Shown: positions 1 to 12,500 of the stretch, piece after piece
Numbering within the stretch: the stretch's first letter is position 1
Layout of the letters: the number at the start of each line of letters is the position of its first letter
NCBI RefSeq assembly: GCF_022045235.1
Contig: NW_027266275.1
Span: forward strand, 41,168,001 to 41,232,000
Origin: Haliotis cracherodii
Lineage: Eukaryota
Reading direction: 5' to 3'
Length of the DNA: 64,000 bases
Made by a program: the position numbers and the translations under genes
Notes under the pieces: model-generated
The model's database searches: none
What the model was told of the DNA's origin: nothing
What the model saw: only the letters and a program-made list of their open reading frames with translations

Positions 1-2180
1 TCATCTACATTCAAAAAATCTATAATATCATTAATATACTATGAAAAAAGTAATGGAGATAGTTGGCATCCCTGTTTCACACCGTTTAAACAGTTGAAAA
101 AATCAGTAAAACCATCCTGCAGTGAAATACATGACTGAACATTGGAATACATATTTCTAATAAGGCGAAAACACTTCCTTTTATGTTGTACAACCAAATC
201 TTATATAACATACTTTTTCTATTAATTGAATCAAATGCAGCTTTAAGGTCAATAAAACAACAATATAGTCGACCTTTATACAAAGCAAAGTATTTAGCGA
301 TCAATGTATCTAAAACAAAGATGTTGTGCAGTGTTTGAAATCCATGTCTAAAACCAGCTTGTTCAGGGATAAGAATATCATTAGTTTCAACAAATTTGGT
401 CAGTCTTTCACATATAATTTTAGCAAATATTTTACCAGAAACTTCCAATAAAGTTATGGGGCGATAATTTTTAGGATTGTTAACATTTCCTTTTTTTATG
501 AATTGGAAGAATTGCACCAAGTGACCACTGTTTTGGATAGATGCCAGTTCTCAATACTGCATTGTATAAAGTCAGTAATAGGTTAACGCAAGCAAATGGA
601 GCATTTTTGAAAAAGTCGATTGGTATACCACTATATCCTGGAGCTTTGCCCTTTTTCATACCTGAAATAGCAGCAGTAATTTCATCATAACTAATATCTC
701 TATCTAAATCATTCGTATTTACAGTTGTATCTATCAAATCATCGGTGATTGAGTCAATAAAGTCCATTATGCTTTCAATAAAGGATTGTTCATCGGGTGA
801 AGTGCTTATACTATTAAAGTGGCTTTCAAAATGTCTTATCCACTCAGCAGGTGTAATAACTGGGTTAGTGAATTGTCGTTTTCCCTTTAGAATTGACCAG
901 AATAGTTTGTTGTCCCTATTAAGAATGCTCTCCTGAAGTTTTTCCTTTTTCATATTGAGAGCACGTGTACATTTCAGGTGACATAAATGTTTGTATGATT
1001 TCCATGCTTCGATATAGGTGAGGCGGTCGCGTGTACAGTTAGTTGCATGAAATGCGCGAAGTTTACGGCGTGCGTCACACCTGGCTTGGTAGCATTCCGC
1101 ATCCCACCAGTTATGTCCCTTGTTGACTGTGGATACTGACGATTTCTTGAAGTCCTTTGAACATGACGGTAGCAAATCGTGGAATGTTTCAGCCACTTCC
1201 TCGACACGCCCACATGCTGCTATTGTTGTTATTTCTTGGATAGAATGTTCCGATATTAAATTCCAATTTTCAGTGTATTTTACCATTTTGTTTTCGTTCC
1301 AGACATATCTTGACTTTTTAGATAATGTATCGTTGGTATCGTTAGGTGATCTATATCCCTTGAACAAGACAGAGTATGTGATAGGAAAGTGTGTGGATTC
1401 AACTTCGTTACAAATATCGAAACTGGTAAACTGGTGAAATATGTTGTTTGAGCACAAAACATAATCTACAACGCTTTGGCCCTCATTCACAACACAAGTT
1501 ATTTTCCCAATGTCTTTATCTTGAAACAAACGACCATTGCAGATACGGAGTTCATTTTTCTTGCAAAAGTCTAACAATGACTTTCCCCTTTTGTTTACAT
1601 TTTTGTCTTGAGATATTCTTGGGGCGGGTTCATCCATTATATAGTTTATATTTTCGTCAATTGGCAAATAGGTGGTATTATCATTTTCTTAATAGTCTGC
1701 TAAATTCCCAGTTCTGGCGTTAAAGTCACCATGTAGAATGAATTCACAATTAGGAAAAGAACTTCGAAACGTATCAATATCCTCTTCTAGAATATCAAAC
1801 AATTGTTCCTTTGAGTGTGGGCTGGTTGATCCTTCTGGAGAGTAATACACAGTGCCTATCACCACAGTAATGTTTAATTGAAGTTTTATCCACTGGACAT
1901 TATCTGTTTTAGTACAGCCATGTAATGCACAGACGTTAGATGAAATGTCTTGATTCACGAATGTGAGTATCCCGCCTGAGTTTCTAATAGCACCACTTGC
2001 TTTAGTTCTGGTGTTGCTGTATGTATTATATCCATTAATGTCTACTTTATCTTCTTAATTCAACCAAGATTCCACGAAACATGCTATATGATGTTTATTG
2101 ATAAAATCTAAAGAAAGACTCTTTTGTAGTAATCTCTTGAAACCTTCACAGTTCCACACTGACAGTTTTAGGCTGATATC
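1..2180 (-). pseudogene. LINE ORF2 (endonuclease-reverse transcriptase), disrupted
   Basis: ORFs 1689-1958, 480-1667 and 86-520 are consecutive pieces of one APE-RT reading frame broken by a stop and frameshifts. Confidence 0.9.
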
Positions 2181-2207
2181 TGTGCATAATGGACGTTGGC
2201 CACACCC

Positions 2208-2915
2208 CTAATCATCATCATTCGTATCTGTTGCTTCCGCTGATTCCGTCACTGCTGCTGCCTTGTTTATACCACTCCCAGTGACTGGTGATAATGTCTT
2301 TATGTGTATTAGGTTTTCATTTATGTGATCAAGTCTGTACAGTTTGTTATCAATTTGAATCTTATCATATCTCAGTACTGCATACTTCATTTCACCTCTT
2401 GCCTTATCTAGAAACGTTTTCAACTTACGTCGGGTTTGTCGTACTTTTTCTGGAAAATCCTGAGAGATACCAAACTTCGATCCTTTCAGTTTGCTTGATC
2501 CTTTCAATATCGATTTTCTGTCAAGTGATTTTCTAATAGTCACGAGTACAGGTCTGGGTCCCAGTGATTTGGTAGGAAGTCGTCTGATGTCATCATATAC
2601 AAAGTCTGTGGGTCTCAGTTCCATTTTGGTGATAACTTCTTTAAGTTTATTTTCGATTTCGCTTGTGGTTTCGCCAGTAGATTCTTCAATATTATAGAAT
2701 ATCAGATTATCTCTCTTGCTAAGTCCCTCCAGATATTCCACTTTATTTGATAGATTATTCACAGTGTCTTTCAGTTCTTTGTTTTCCTCCATCACCAATT
2801 GCATATCTCTTTCAACAGATTCAATTTTTCGATTAAGTTTATCAAAGTTCCCATTTATTTCCTGGCGCATTTCTTTCAGTTCTTTTAGGACTTCAGAAGC
2901 AGAAAACTCTCCCAC
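2208..2915 (-). CDS. LINE ORF1 protein (coiled coil plus RRM-like, L1 transposase-22-like)
   Basis: 235 aa with an N-terminal heptad coiled coil followed by KRDNLIFYNIEE, RPVLV and ISQDFP motifs. Lies directly upstream of the APE-RT ORF2. Confidence 0.85.
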   Translation of the reverse strand: MGEFSASEVLKELKEMRQEINGNFDKLNRKIESVERDMQLVMEENKELKDTVNNLSNKVEYLEGLSKRDNLIFYNIEESTGETTSEIENKLKEVITKMELRPTDFVYDDIRRLPTKSLGPRPVLVTIRKSLDRKSILKGSSKLKGSKFGISQDFPEKVRQTRRKLKTFLDKARGEMKYAVLRYDKIQIDNKLYRLDHINENLIHIKTLSPVTGSGINKAAAVTESAEATDTNDDD

Positions 2916-3411
2916 AATCGTCAGTTGGCGTGTTTTTGGCGGGCCTGGGTTGGACTCAACATCGTTGTGTCAACGTCAACACAGACACAAACAAACAGAG
3001 ACGCAGAAGTAACCTGGTGTTCTTCGGCACGCGCAGCACGTGCGGCCTCATGGCTGCTCGTCTAGCTCTTTTGAACATGAAGTTGATAAAGATTGAGTGA
3101 AAACAGCCGATTATGGCTGTATAATCTGCATTTTCACAGCTCATCTTCTAGACGTTGTTGATATGAGGAACTTCTCAAAATGTTACTTTTGGTGGTAGAT
3201 TGGTTTTGACGTTATTTCATTTTTTTTTCTCAGAGCGACATTTCTCTGCTGCTGCACTACACACCGCTAGGTGGCGCCCCCCGCTAAAGCTACTACCCTT
3301 TATGGTATGTTATATTGTTAGACAATTTCGCGCTGTATAAACAATAATTTTAACAGTTTCAACGAGACACCTTCACAGCGTTTGCAGCGTCCACAGCGTC
3401 GTTCACAGCGT

Positions 3412-5160
3412 TTACACAAGTCCATCAGCATTGTTTTTGCATTTCTCCTGAGCCCCACAAGAACATAATTCAACGCATGTCAAATTATTTTGTCTGCATT
3501 TGCATCTGGTGTGACAGATACCACGTAAACAGTGGCACACAAGGCTCTCAAACAGCTCTGATGCAGATTGCCCTTCAAAGAAGTTTGGTACAAGCGACAT
3601 GTTCACAGTTCTTGTCCACCCAAAGTCTAGAGGACTTCCAAGGTCAGGCAGTGCTTCACGTGACTTCATCCAAATTTGTGTTTGCCACATCGCACGTTTT
3701 ACGTGCTGTTCAAAGCTGGACTCACAAGGAGGAAGGCAAGAGACGTCTGCATTTTTTCTCATGCACATCCTAGCTCTCATGAGGTCGAGGCCATGGTGAA
3801 TGGGTTTCATACTTTCTTTGGGGTCATACAAATGTGCAGTAAGGCGTCTTGCAGCATTAGCAGCAGGTGTGATTTCATTCCCACCCAGGTGGTGCATCTC
3901 TGAATAGACATCAGGGTTAGCCTTCAAAGCATTGTACACAGTCTTCTTCCCAATTCTGTAGAAGGCTGAAGTAGAGTCACACCCAGTAAGAGCATGTACT
4001 GCTGGCAGAGCTTTGCAAAAGCTGAGCTGGACCTGTCTGCATATATCATGAACGGGGATCAACCTTCGTCTGTCTGTACTTCTTGATGCCATACCACCCT
4101 CAATCCAGAGCTCACAAACGTTGGTGAGGCTTTAAAAGTAATGTATGCACAAAAGGGAAAGGAAAGGAAAGGAAGTACATGCAATGTAGAGTTTATTTCA
4201 TCATTGAGCTTTAGGGATCAGTCATTACATCGCGGTACGTCAGTGCTTTCTGCCTTTGACTTATCTGTACATTGAAACACAACCCTTGCCATTGAATGGA
4301 AAATATTTTTCCCATTCACTGTTTCACAGTTAATATCCACATTGTCATCACCCTCTTGTATAAGCAATCCACCATCTGCAGGTGAGACAATGCCACTTGG
4401 TTTATAGATGCCATCTCTGATTCTGTGTAACTCCGACTCAGCGTAACTTGTCATGAACATTCTCAATTCAGAGTAACTTACACAGAGTCGATAGGAGTGC
4501 AGCGTATCTATTATGCTACGAGATCCAAATTCATGGTGCATTTGAATGGCTAGACCCAAATGAAAAGGGGTTGTTGTGTTTGTTGAGGCATAAACTAAAC
4601 ACTCTGCAGGAGCAACTGCCTTTCGATGTATGTCATCTGACGGCGTGTATAAAGCTGCATTCAACTCGGAAACTTTTCTGTCTATCAACCATAGTACAAA
4701 CTGCAACAAACTGTCAGGAACAAGCTGTTTGGACGCCTCATGAGAAACTCCACTGGAGGCTGGATAAGAATCCTTCTTTTTGACTTGCATTATGTTGTGT
4801 CTCAAAATCGTGACTGCATTTCTAAGAGTTAACATTTTGTTTTCCTCATTGAAAGCCTACCCATCATCATCATCACCACCATCAAACCTTGACAAGTGAA
4901 GCCACAGATTAAACAAGACGACGCGTTTGTACTTACAGTCGCCTGAGAAACAGTTTTTGGGAGTATTGCCTGTGTTGCATATTTGACATTTGTTTACTGG
5001 TGTAGGATTTGAAACAAGATCTATGGTATGATAATGTCAGTGAATCATCATGCTTGACGTTAATGATGCGACGCAATACTTCATCTTGACGACTGTGTGC
5101 AGCTGAGACTACACTTTTTGAACCATGGATTGTTCCTAATGTGATGTCGCCCACAAATCA
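3412..5160 (-). mobile_element. Internally deleted Academ (AcademX-type) DNA transposon: transposase fragments, XPG-like nuclease and Cys-rich tail
   Basis: 4933-5154 has YHRSCFKSYT. 4218-4835 has LAIQMHHEFGSRSIIDTLH..CVSYSE and DDNVDINCETVNGKNIFH. 3412-4092 has HALTGCDSTSAF (H3TH-like), LPPC..HVKRA..Q..W, FGW and an 8-Cys tail. Family assignment is from recalled domain architecture; termini not resolved. Confidence 0.7.
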
Positions 5161-5797
5161 GACACTGTTCGTGTACATCATTAAAAGAGAACTTTGAGTT
5201 TTTAGTTACTGATGCCAGCTTTAGAGGGCTGGGGTAGCTTGAATTGCAAGGTACCTTCATTAATCTGTAAATAAATCATAAGTCTGTGCTTGTGTTTTTC
5301 TTACAGAAAATATTCAACTTGCTTTCTTTGTGCGTTCTGCTATTAGAACGTGTAAAGCGACAGACGCCTTTGTAATCATTATTAGCGAGGAGGAAAGCAG
5401 TATTAACCTTTGGCAGCCCTCTCACGGTGTACGCCGTGTCTAGGCCTAATTCATACCACTAGCACTTTTGTTTTTGGTCTCATTAAATCAGAAATATATA
5501 TATATTACACAACGGTTGTCGTCATTACGATCATTTAGCCAAACTATTCAATTTATCCTACTATTTAATAAAGATGCACATGGCAAGTGGCACGCTGCTA
5601 TCAATGAAATGTATGGGTCGGCGTTTCCCGAAGCATATTCACTGTATATTTTAATAAATCTTTATAATTTGAATTTATATTCGCTACAATACCAACGTTA
5701 ACTGTGTGATATGTCTTGCATGAGCAGTATTTACCTCATTAATTATTTCCTGTGACCATTGTGCGTTTGTGTTTACGTTTAGTGCCAACAAGGGAGA

Positions 5798-6200
5798 TCA
5801 CTCCCAGCTGAGGATGTATGGACAACTACTTTTATATATACAGACATGTCGGCGTTTTCCGATGCATATTTTCTTCCAAATTTCTAGATTAACGTCCATG
5901 TTGGAACGGAGACGTCGGATCACAGTGTCCCGGCTAATGTGTCGATTATGTGTTCCTATGGCCTGTCGAGCACTTTCACTTGCAGTTAGGAACTTATGTC
6001 GCTGGTGTTGACGGGTAATCTGCCGATCTTGTCGAGGTGTGGTGACCTTAGGACGACAGCTCCGAGGAAGGTCATCTGTGGTCTGTGTAGCATTGTATCG
6101 ATGTAGGAGACGGTAAATTGTGGTTATGTTAACATTGAAATGACGGGCAACATCAGGGACAGACTCTCCAGCTTCCAAACGTCCGATAGCCGTATCAATT
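5798..6200 (-). mobile_element. Tc1/mariner transposase N-terminal fragment (paired-like HTH)
   Basis: VARHFNVNITTIYRL...DLPRSCRPKVTTPRQDRQI...ISRDTVIRRL; truncated before the DDE domain. Confidence 0.85.
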
Positions 6201-8644
6201 TATGGTTCCGTGTTTGTTACCTATTTGCTTAAAAACACTTGCGTTTCGTTTGCGTGGGAGTATATGTTTTACATATATACATGTGCGTGTGACGCTCTAC
6301 AAATTCATATAGACTCAATATACTACTGCCATAAGTACTACGGTAATACTAGGAGATATATTCCCGGCTGTCGAACAGCGGGGGGCACTGTGGGTCGTGC
6401 GTTAGCTCGTCACGTACAGGTTTCGAGTTTGACATTTTGTGAAACTGTATTTATTGCCAGAGATTCCAATGTTATCCCCAAGAACACACCAAAAAATGGG
6501 CCTCACACATTGTACCCGCGTGGAGAAGTCACGTAAGCGTAAGGCTTAAAAACGCTGTTATATTTATTTACTCCCGAAATGGAGCAAAGTTAATATACAT
6601 GTATTTTCACTATAATAAGATTATATGAAAGGTTCACACTAACAAATATAGTTTGAGTCATGTCAAACGCCTGTATTTCATGAAAACGTTGCAATGACTC
6701 CCTCAATAGAATCAGACCTCGGTAGCTAATGTCGGAAAAGTCCATGATATGCACAGGTGGTAGTATACAAATGATACAAAGGTATATCAAATACAGCCCA
6801 TGCAAGTCTATAACGTTTGGCAAGTCTAGAGTACTGCATCTGAAAATGATGTGAGTCTCTCGGCTCCCTTTTATTTTATTTTTATTAAGATAATTGAACA
6901 ACTGTGTTTTTTCTGTACGATATGTTCATTTCAAAGACTAGATGTTAGTCTACACAGGTGGGTATTTCCCGCATATTCCCGCAATATCCTCTCTTCAATA
7001 ACCTGAACGTTTTCTCCCAAACCGATTGTCATATCTCTCCAAATTTTGGATGGTATCTAAATTCATGTCATTCATCACCACCGCCCCACCCTGAATCTCT
7101 CATTGCTCACCCCTGAACCCCGAATACTATTAAACACAAAAATCAAAATTGTAATGTACCTACAAAATGGTGAGATGTGATAATATATCAGCAAAAAAAT
7201 ACATAAAGGAAATGTTTACATTGACCAAACGGAAGGACCATTGTCAATTCTACACATTGTTATTTTGTAAATGTTGAATCTGAATAACCAAATACGATCT
7301 TATATTTACTTCCCGCGTACCACATGTACACTGATAGTTCCGAGGACCCTCTAAAATTGTTTGTTACTATTATTGTTAGTTACATGGTCCCTCGCCTCAA
7401 TCCTACATTCACGAAAGCTCCAACGCTTGAACAAAAAACAACAAATACATTTCACTTAACAATACATCGGATCGTCCAATCGAAAGATGCAAAGTTAGTT
7501 TATATTGACAACAGCACTATTTTTAGAATGATACGTTACCCTCATTTTTCTGGATATCTTCAACCAAAGCATATTTTACTTCCGTGTGTGTGATCTAAAG
7601 TGCATTTGCAATCTTATTTAAATTCTACATTTATTGGGAAAAGCACATTTCGGCTGCTGTGGAATGATAAAAATTTACTTCCGATCATGCGCAGAGGGAA
7701 TATTGAAAAGAAAACACGGAAATATTAGACGGTGTAGGTTGGTTCGATGTAAGCAACTGTTTTCGTGTTTTTCTTTTATTTATGTACCAGTTTTTGTTGA
7801 TATTGTTATTATTTGGGTTGTGTTGAATCATGCAGATAGGATACCAGGAGCCATATGTATGATATATATGTGATGGAAGGTCAGAAACGTCACGGCTCAG
7901 TGCTTTCTCGTATCTAGGGAGTGACATGTCCGGTTTTCGTTATACAAGTTGGCTCAAAGCTCCTACCATGTATCATTATATAAAGAATAATTCAGCCGTT
8001 TGACGTGTGAATATACTACCCTAATTCTGAAACAAAGGTGGACGTTTTATTTGGGAGGTTGGTATTCACTACCCGTAATATCTACATGCTGATGACCTGG
8101 AGGACTGACACGATTGTCTATCGAATGTCATAATCTTGCTGTCGTCAGGACTATAAAAGAAAAAAACATATTTTCGTCTTTTGTACTTCCTGTTGATATT
8201 CTTGACATATTTCCTCCATTAATTTGATGATGTTATAGCAATATTGCCATCAAATGTATATGATGGGCCAAGCTATGGATGCTCAGGGACCATTATCCAT
8301 CAATGGCATGCACAGGAACTCGATGATAGCGTGTAAAGCATAATATATTCATATAGAAAAAAAATCACACCCGTACATATAGACAAGGAGTGACACCCGC
8401 CGTCTTAGTCCATATTCAAGATTTCGGACTCTGTTTGAATCACAGCTTGATATCGCATGAAATATGAAGTCACTTATTTCAACCCATTGGTACTTGCTAA
8501 ACAAACCATAGGTTACATAATCATCTTTATCTGTGGTCACTTTGCCTCATAATTATTTTAAAACAACCATCAAATCTCAACCCTAAGCTTTGCCGCCGAG
8601 GTAAACAAGAAAAAGGTGGTCGGAAATTGAGGTGCTACACAGGT

Positions 8645-8863
8645 TTGAGCTCAGCGAACGTTTCTGAAATATTAGGACACGGTGAAGGGAGGGAAATTAA
8701 AAACCGTCAATGGTAAGCCTGTTTTCAAAATGTTGGGGTTGATAACAGCATAATTAAACGTTTCGAAGCAGGTTATCATTGACGGTCTTGAATTTCCCTC
8801 CCTGCACCATGTGCTAATATTATACTACAGATTTTAACCAATCAGAAACGTTTGCCGAGTTCA
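8645..8863. repeat. Foldback (hairpin) element, MITE-like
   Basis: Imperfect inverted arms, e.g. aatattaggacacggtgaagggagggaaatt versus aatttccctccctgcaccatgtgctaatatt, with outer gaacgtttctga/tcagaaacgttt. Confidence 0.7.
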
Positions 8864-9482
8864 AGAGTTGAGAATAAAATAAAGCAATTCCAGTCAAGGG
8901 TTAAGAACTGTGTAAGTCCAAAGTCACCATGGAAACTCCTTCACAACACAGACAGCTGTACTCTGCTATGTGATCTACAATACATCCAGGATGTGTATGT
9001 TCTCAATCCCATCTACATGATCTAAGGCTAATAAAAGATAAGGTGACAAAATAATTTGAAAAGCACTTTTTTATTATGTAAAATGCAATGTTCTGTTCTG
9101 ACTAATCTCTAAAAATTGTCTGCAACTTTAGCAACTTGTCTGAAGCCCTATGATGTAAACATCTGTTCTATCCAGTAAGCTTAACTAATAATATTATAGT
9201 CTGTATGATATTATAATAATAACAATAAAATCTGTGGAAAATTAGGCTAAATTCCTTTATAGTAGTAAACTAATAAAGTCAAAAGTGTTTGGTACAGACT
9301 GCTTACCATCTCACAGAGCATAAAAACGACTATTCACCCATGTCCATGATCCTGTAGTAGTATCCATGACAACAGACCATGCTTATATTTGATAATGCAG
9401 CCTGAATGATGAGATGTTCATTTCAAATTTTATGATGATGTTTTTTTAAAACAGGTTGAAGGAATCCTAAGACAAACACAAG

Positions 9483-9589
9483 ATGGACTACAATCGGCAG
9501 GTTTCCCGACTCACTACTGTCAGTGCCCCACCCATGAGAATGAACAGTTCAATGGATCAAGGCGGCACTAAGATGCAGAGGTTTGGGAG
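9483..9589 (+). CDS. RHBDF1: iRhom coding exon 1 (MDYNRQ...; exon acceptor at 9454)
   Basis: acAG at 9453-9454, ATG at 9483, donor AG|GTAAGG; phase 2 joins in frame to 12316. Confidence 0.7.
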
Positions 9590-12500
9590 GTAAGGCACAC
9601 AGGTTCATATCCTCCGTAGAATTCCCCGACAATTTGCCGTTTTTATGAGGATGTCCTCTGGTCTATATTCAGAGTATGTAATGTTCTCTAAGGTAGTATA
9701 ACATTTAGATGATTTAATGTCTAACTTTCAAACTGAAGAAAACCATGGGGTTAGTGTTCATTTTATTGCATTAGACACACTTATAAACTAAGTTAACTTC
9801 AAATAACACTTTTGTGTAGAGACATATACATGATAACACTCAAAGTCTTAACCATTTTGACAGTTCTGCATTAAAGTGTGATTAATCAGCTAATAGTATT
9901 AGAAGTAACTTGAAAGATTTAGTAACTTGAAGAACAAATTTAATCTTTTGTAGATAAACATACATCTAAAAGAAAACAATAATTTCTACTGGCTATTAGC
10001 ATGATTAGCATGATTAGTATTTTGCTACATTTTTAGCAAATAAATAAATGTGTATGGTTTTATGAGGGGCAGTGGGGTAGTGTAGTCAAACTGAAGACCT
10101 AGGTTTTGTTGCCTCTGTACAATGTGACAGTGTGAAGCCAATGTTTGGGTGACCCCTATATCATGTATTTTGTAAGCATATCAATCTCATTAAAATGAGA
10201 TCTTGTTATCGATATTGCTAAACAAATATCTGATGACATCACTTTACAGGTCACGGCAGACCGACCTTTTGCTAACTTGCTAACTTTGGCCAACAAATGG
10301 AATGACTGACAAGAAGTTGACATTAGCCAACGGTACTAGTTTCAAAGTGGCAAAGTGCTTCGAAACATATTTCCACAAATTCTTGATAAAAAATTTGAAA
10401 ACTGAACAAAGGAACATTCTGGAATGGCTAATAGATAGCCTAGATTGTATGGATTCTGTCATAAAACCTGTAACTGTGGTTCGAAATACCCAGAGTTAAA
10501 TCTTTTGAGGTTGCATGATTAGAAAATATATTCCGACTGTCACTTTCCTGATCTGGTAAGCCACGCTCTGATAGTCAGATGAAAGGTCGTTCTGATGGGA
10601 CCTGAACTGGGATGTCCTCAGTTCTTTGTTTAGCTATAGTGAGACCTAGGATCTGATTTTAAGGCCATATGGTAAGGCCACAATAAACTGAATGGAAATC
10701 AGATACAGTTTTGTATGCCCACCTGTTCATCCCTGCACCATGATTCTTCTAGACAGGAGAAGGTGGCTGGGGAAAGGTGTTCAGCTCGTGTAGGTTGAAA
10801 AGTGTACATGACCCAGATGCTTGATGGGAGGCCCATGGTAATGTGAGATGTGTTCAGGTGAATTGTTTTAGAAGCTGGAAATCTTTATTTAAGCATTTTT
10901 CCACTTAAGATAGAAAGAACAATGAGAAATGCATCGTGTGAGATAGGATAAGTATTATAAATACTGGAAATCTTGAAATTAATGTGAGGGGTGTTTGTTT
11001 GCATTAACTAAACTTCTCATTAATGTCTCCATAATGACTATCAACAATAAGATGGCCTCATTGCCGGTTTAGAAACCAGAAAACCAACTTGAATAAAAAC
11101 ACAAACAACTACCGTATTCGACGAAATAAGCGCCCAGCTCCAATAAGCGCCCACGGCGATATTTGTTAATATATTGGCAAGTGAACAATCCCAATTAGCA
11201 CCCCTTCCAACTGATCAGTGTACACAAGACTTATTTATTCGTGTATGATACACACTCGTGTGTTATATGAACTCTGAATTATGGGCAATTTAATTCTGGA
11301 AAATATATCTGTCGTACATAAACATTTCAGGTTGTCAGCTTAAACCACAAAATTTATCTTTCAACTCTGTTTTTTTCCACCAAAACAATATTCTAATAAG
11401 AGCCCCCTATTCCTAATTTTGAGAGCGCCCTGGGCGCTTATTACGTCGAATACGGTATATATTCCACATCACGGTTTATTGAGCAGCAATTGTAACAAGT
11501 ATATAACAATGTCATTCAAAGAATAGATATTACACAATGGGCGTCCAGTGAGTTATCTCAGCTGGGGTCAAGAATTCTACTCACTCGTGTCCAGCAGTCC
11601 AGACACATTCTACTCACTTGTGTCCAGCACGCCACACACATAACACTGCGTCAAAGGCCAACACAACCCAAAGTGCACCGATAGGCTTCATCACACTTAT
11701 CTACAGATCTACAGCCTTTGTCCTGTCGTCTGCCTTCAAGTGTGTTGACACCTTCGACGCATGCCAATCAGTGAACTGTTGTTGGTTCAATTATTTTATT
11801 GCCTTTCAACTTCCTTAATGCCAGATAGACACAATTTTTATGGATAACAACTTCTTTAATACTGTAAAAAGCGACGTTTCGGTATAGATCCTTATACCGT
11901 TGTCAAGCAAGACTGAATGAGGGACATAGTGCAGAATATATATAGCAAGTGGAGGATTAACAGTAGAGGATTAACAGTAACAACAAGGGCATACATGAGT
12001 GGGATAACATAGGTAGGTGTTCGATGAGTTCATAGTAGGCGGATGGGATGAAATAGCCTTGATCTCTGTTGATTGATGGATATATATCATTCCACTGGAA
12101 ATGGGGGTTGGGTGGAGTAGCATTAATATCAAGACGCATTTTGGGTTTGGGGTCGGCAGTCATATTAATTTGGAGACACATTAATTTCAAGATTTACAGT
12201 ATACAATTTATTGTAAAATTTACAATTCATGTTTGACATGCTTGACAATTTTACTTACAATGAAACCAAACTGTCTTTTTAATAATATACTTTTTATGAT
12301 ATTGATTTACACCAGGTATATGAAATCAAGCATTGCTGATTTCTTTGGTGTTGGAGAGGATTCAGAGGAATCTAAAGTCAAGTGGGACAACCGCTGCAAG
12401 AGGTACGCTGGCTCTATAGGGAAGCTGAAGAAGACAGCAGAGGATGACATTGATGGGTCACGACTTCCCCACATCATTGACCCCCTCCGACATCCGGACC

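Larger units (their letters stand above)
1..3280 (-). mobile_element. Decayed non-LTR retrotransposon (LINE): ORF1 plus APE endonuclease-reverse transcriptase ORF2, continuing off the left edge
   Basis: ORF1 2915-2208. ORF2 fragments show APE motifs (VWNCEG, FVESW, SGGI, GDFNART, SVVDY, STHFPI) and RT motifs (KAPG, NYRPITLL, QAGFR, FIDLKAAFDSI). Internal stop at ~2056 and frameshifts at ~1680 and ~500. The 5' boundary is approximate. Confidence 0.93.

Noticed and set aside
3319-5442. TAGACA/TGTCTA as Academ terminal inverted repeats
   Set aside because: Only a 6-bp match and no convincing TSD.
7300-7930. iRhom promoter / first non-coding exon (several ACTTCC ETS-like motifs)
   Set aside because: Plausible, but it cannot be located without transcript data.
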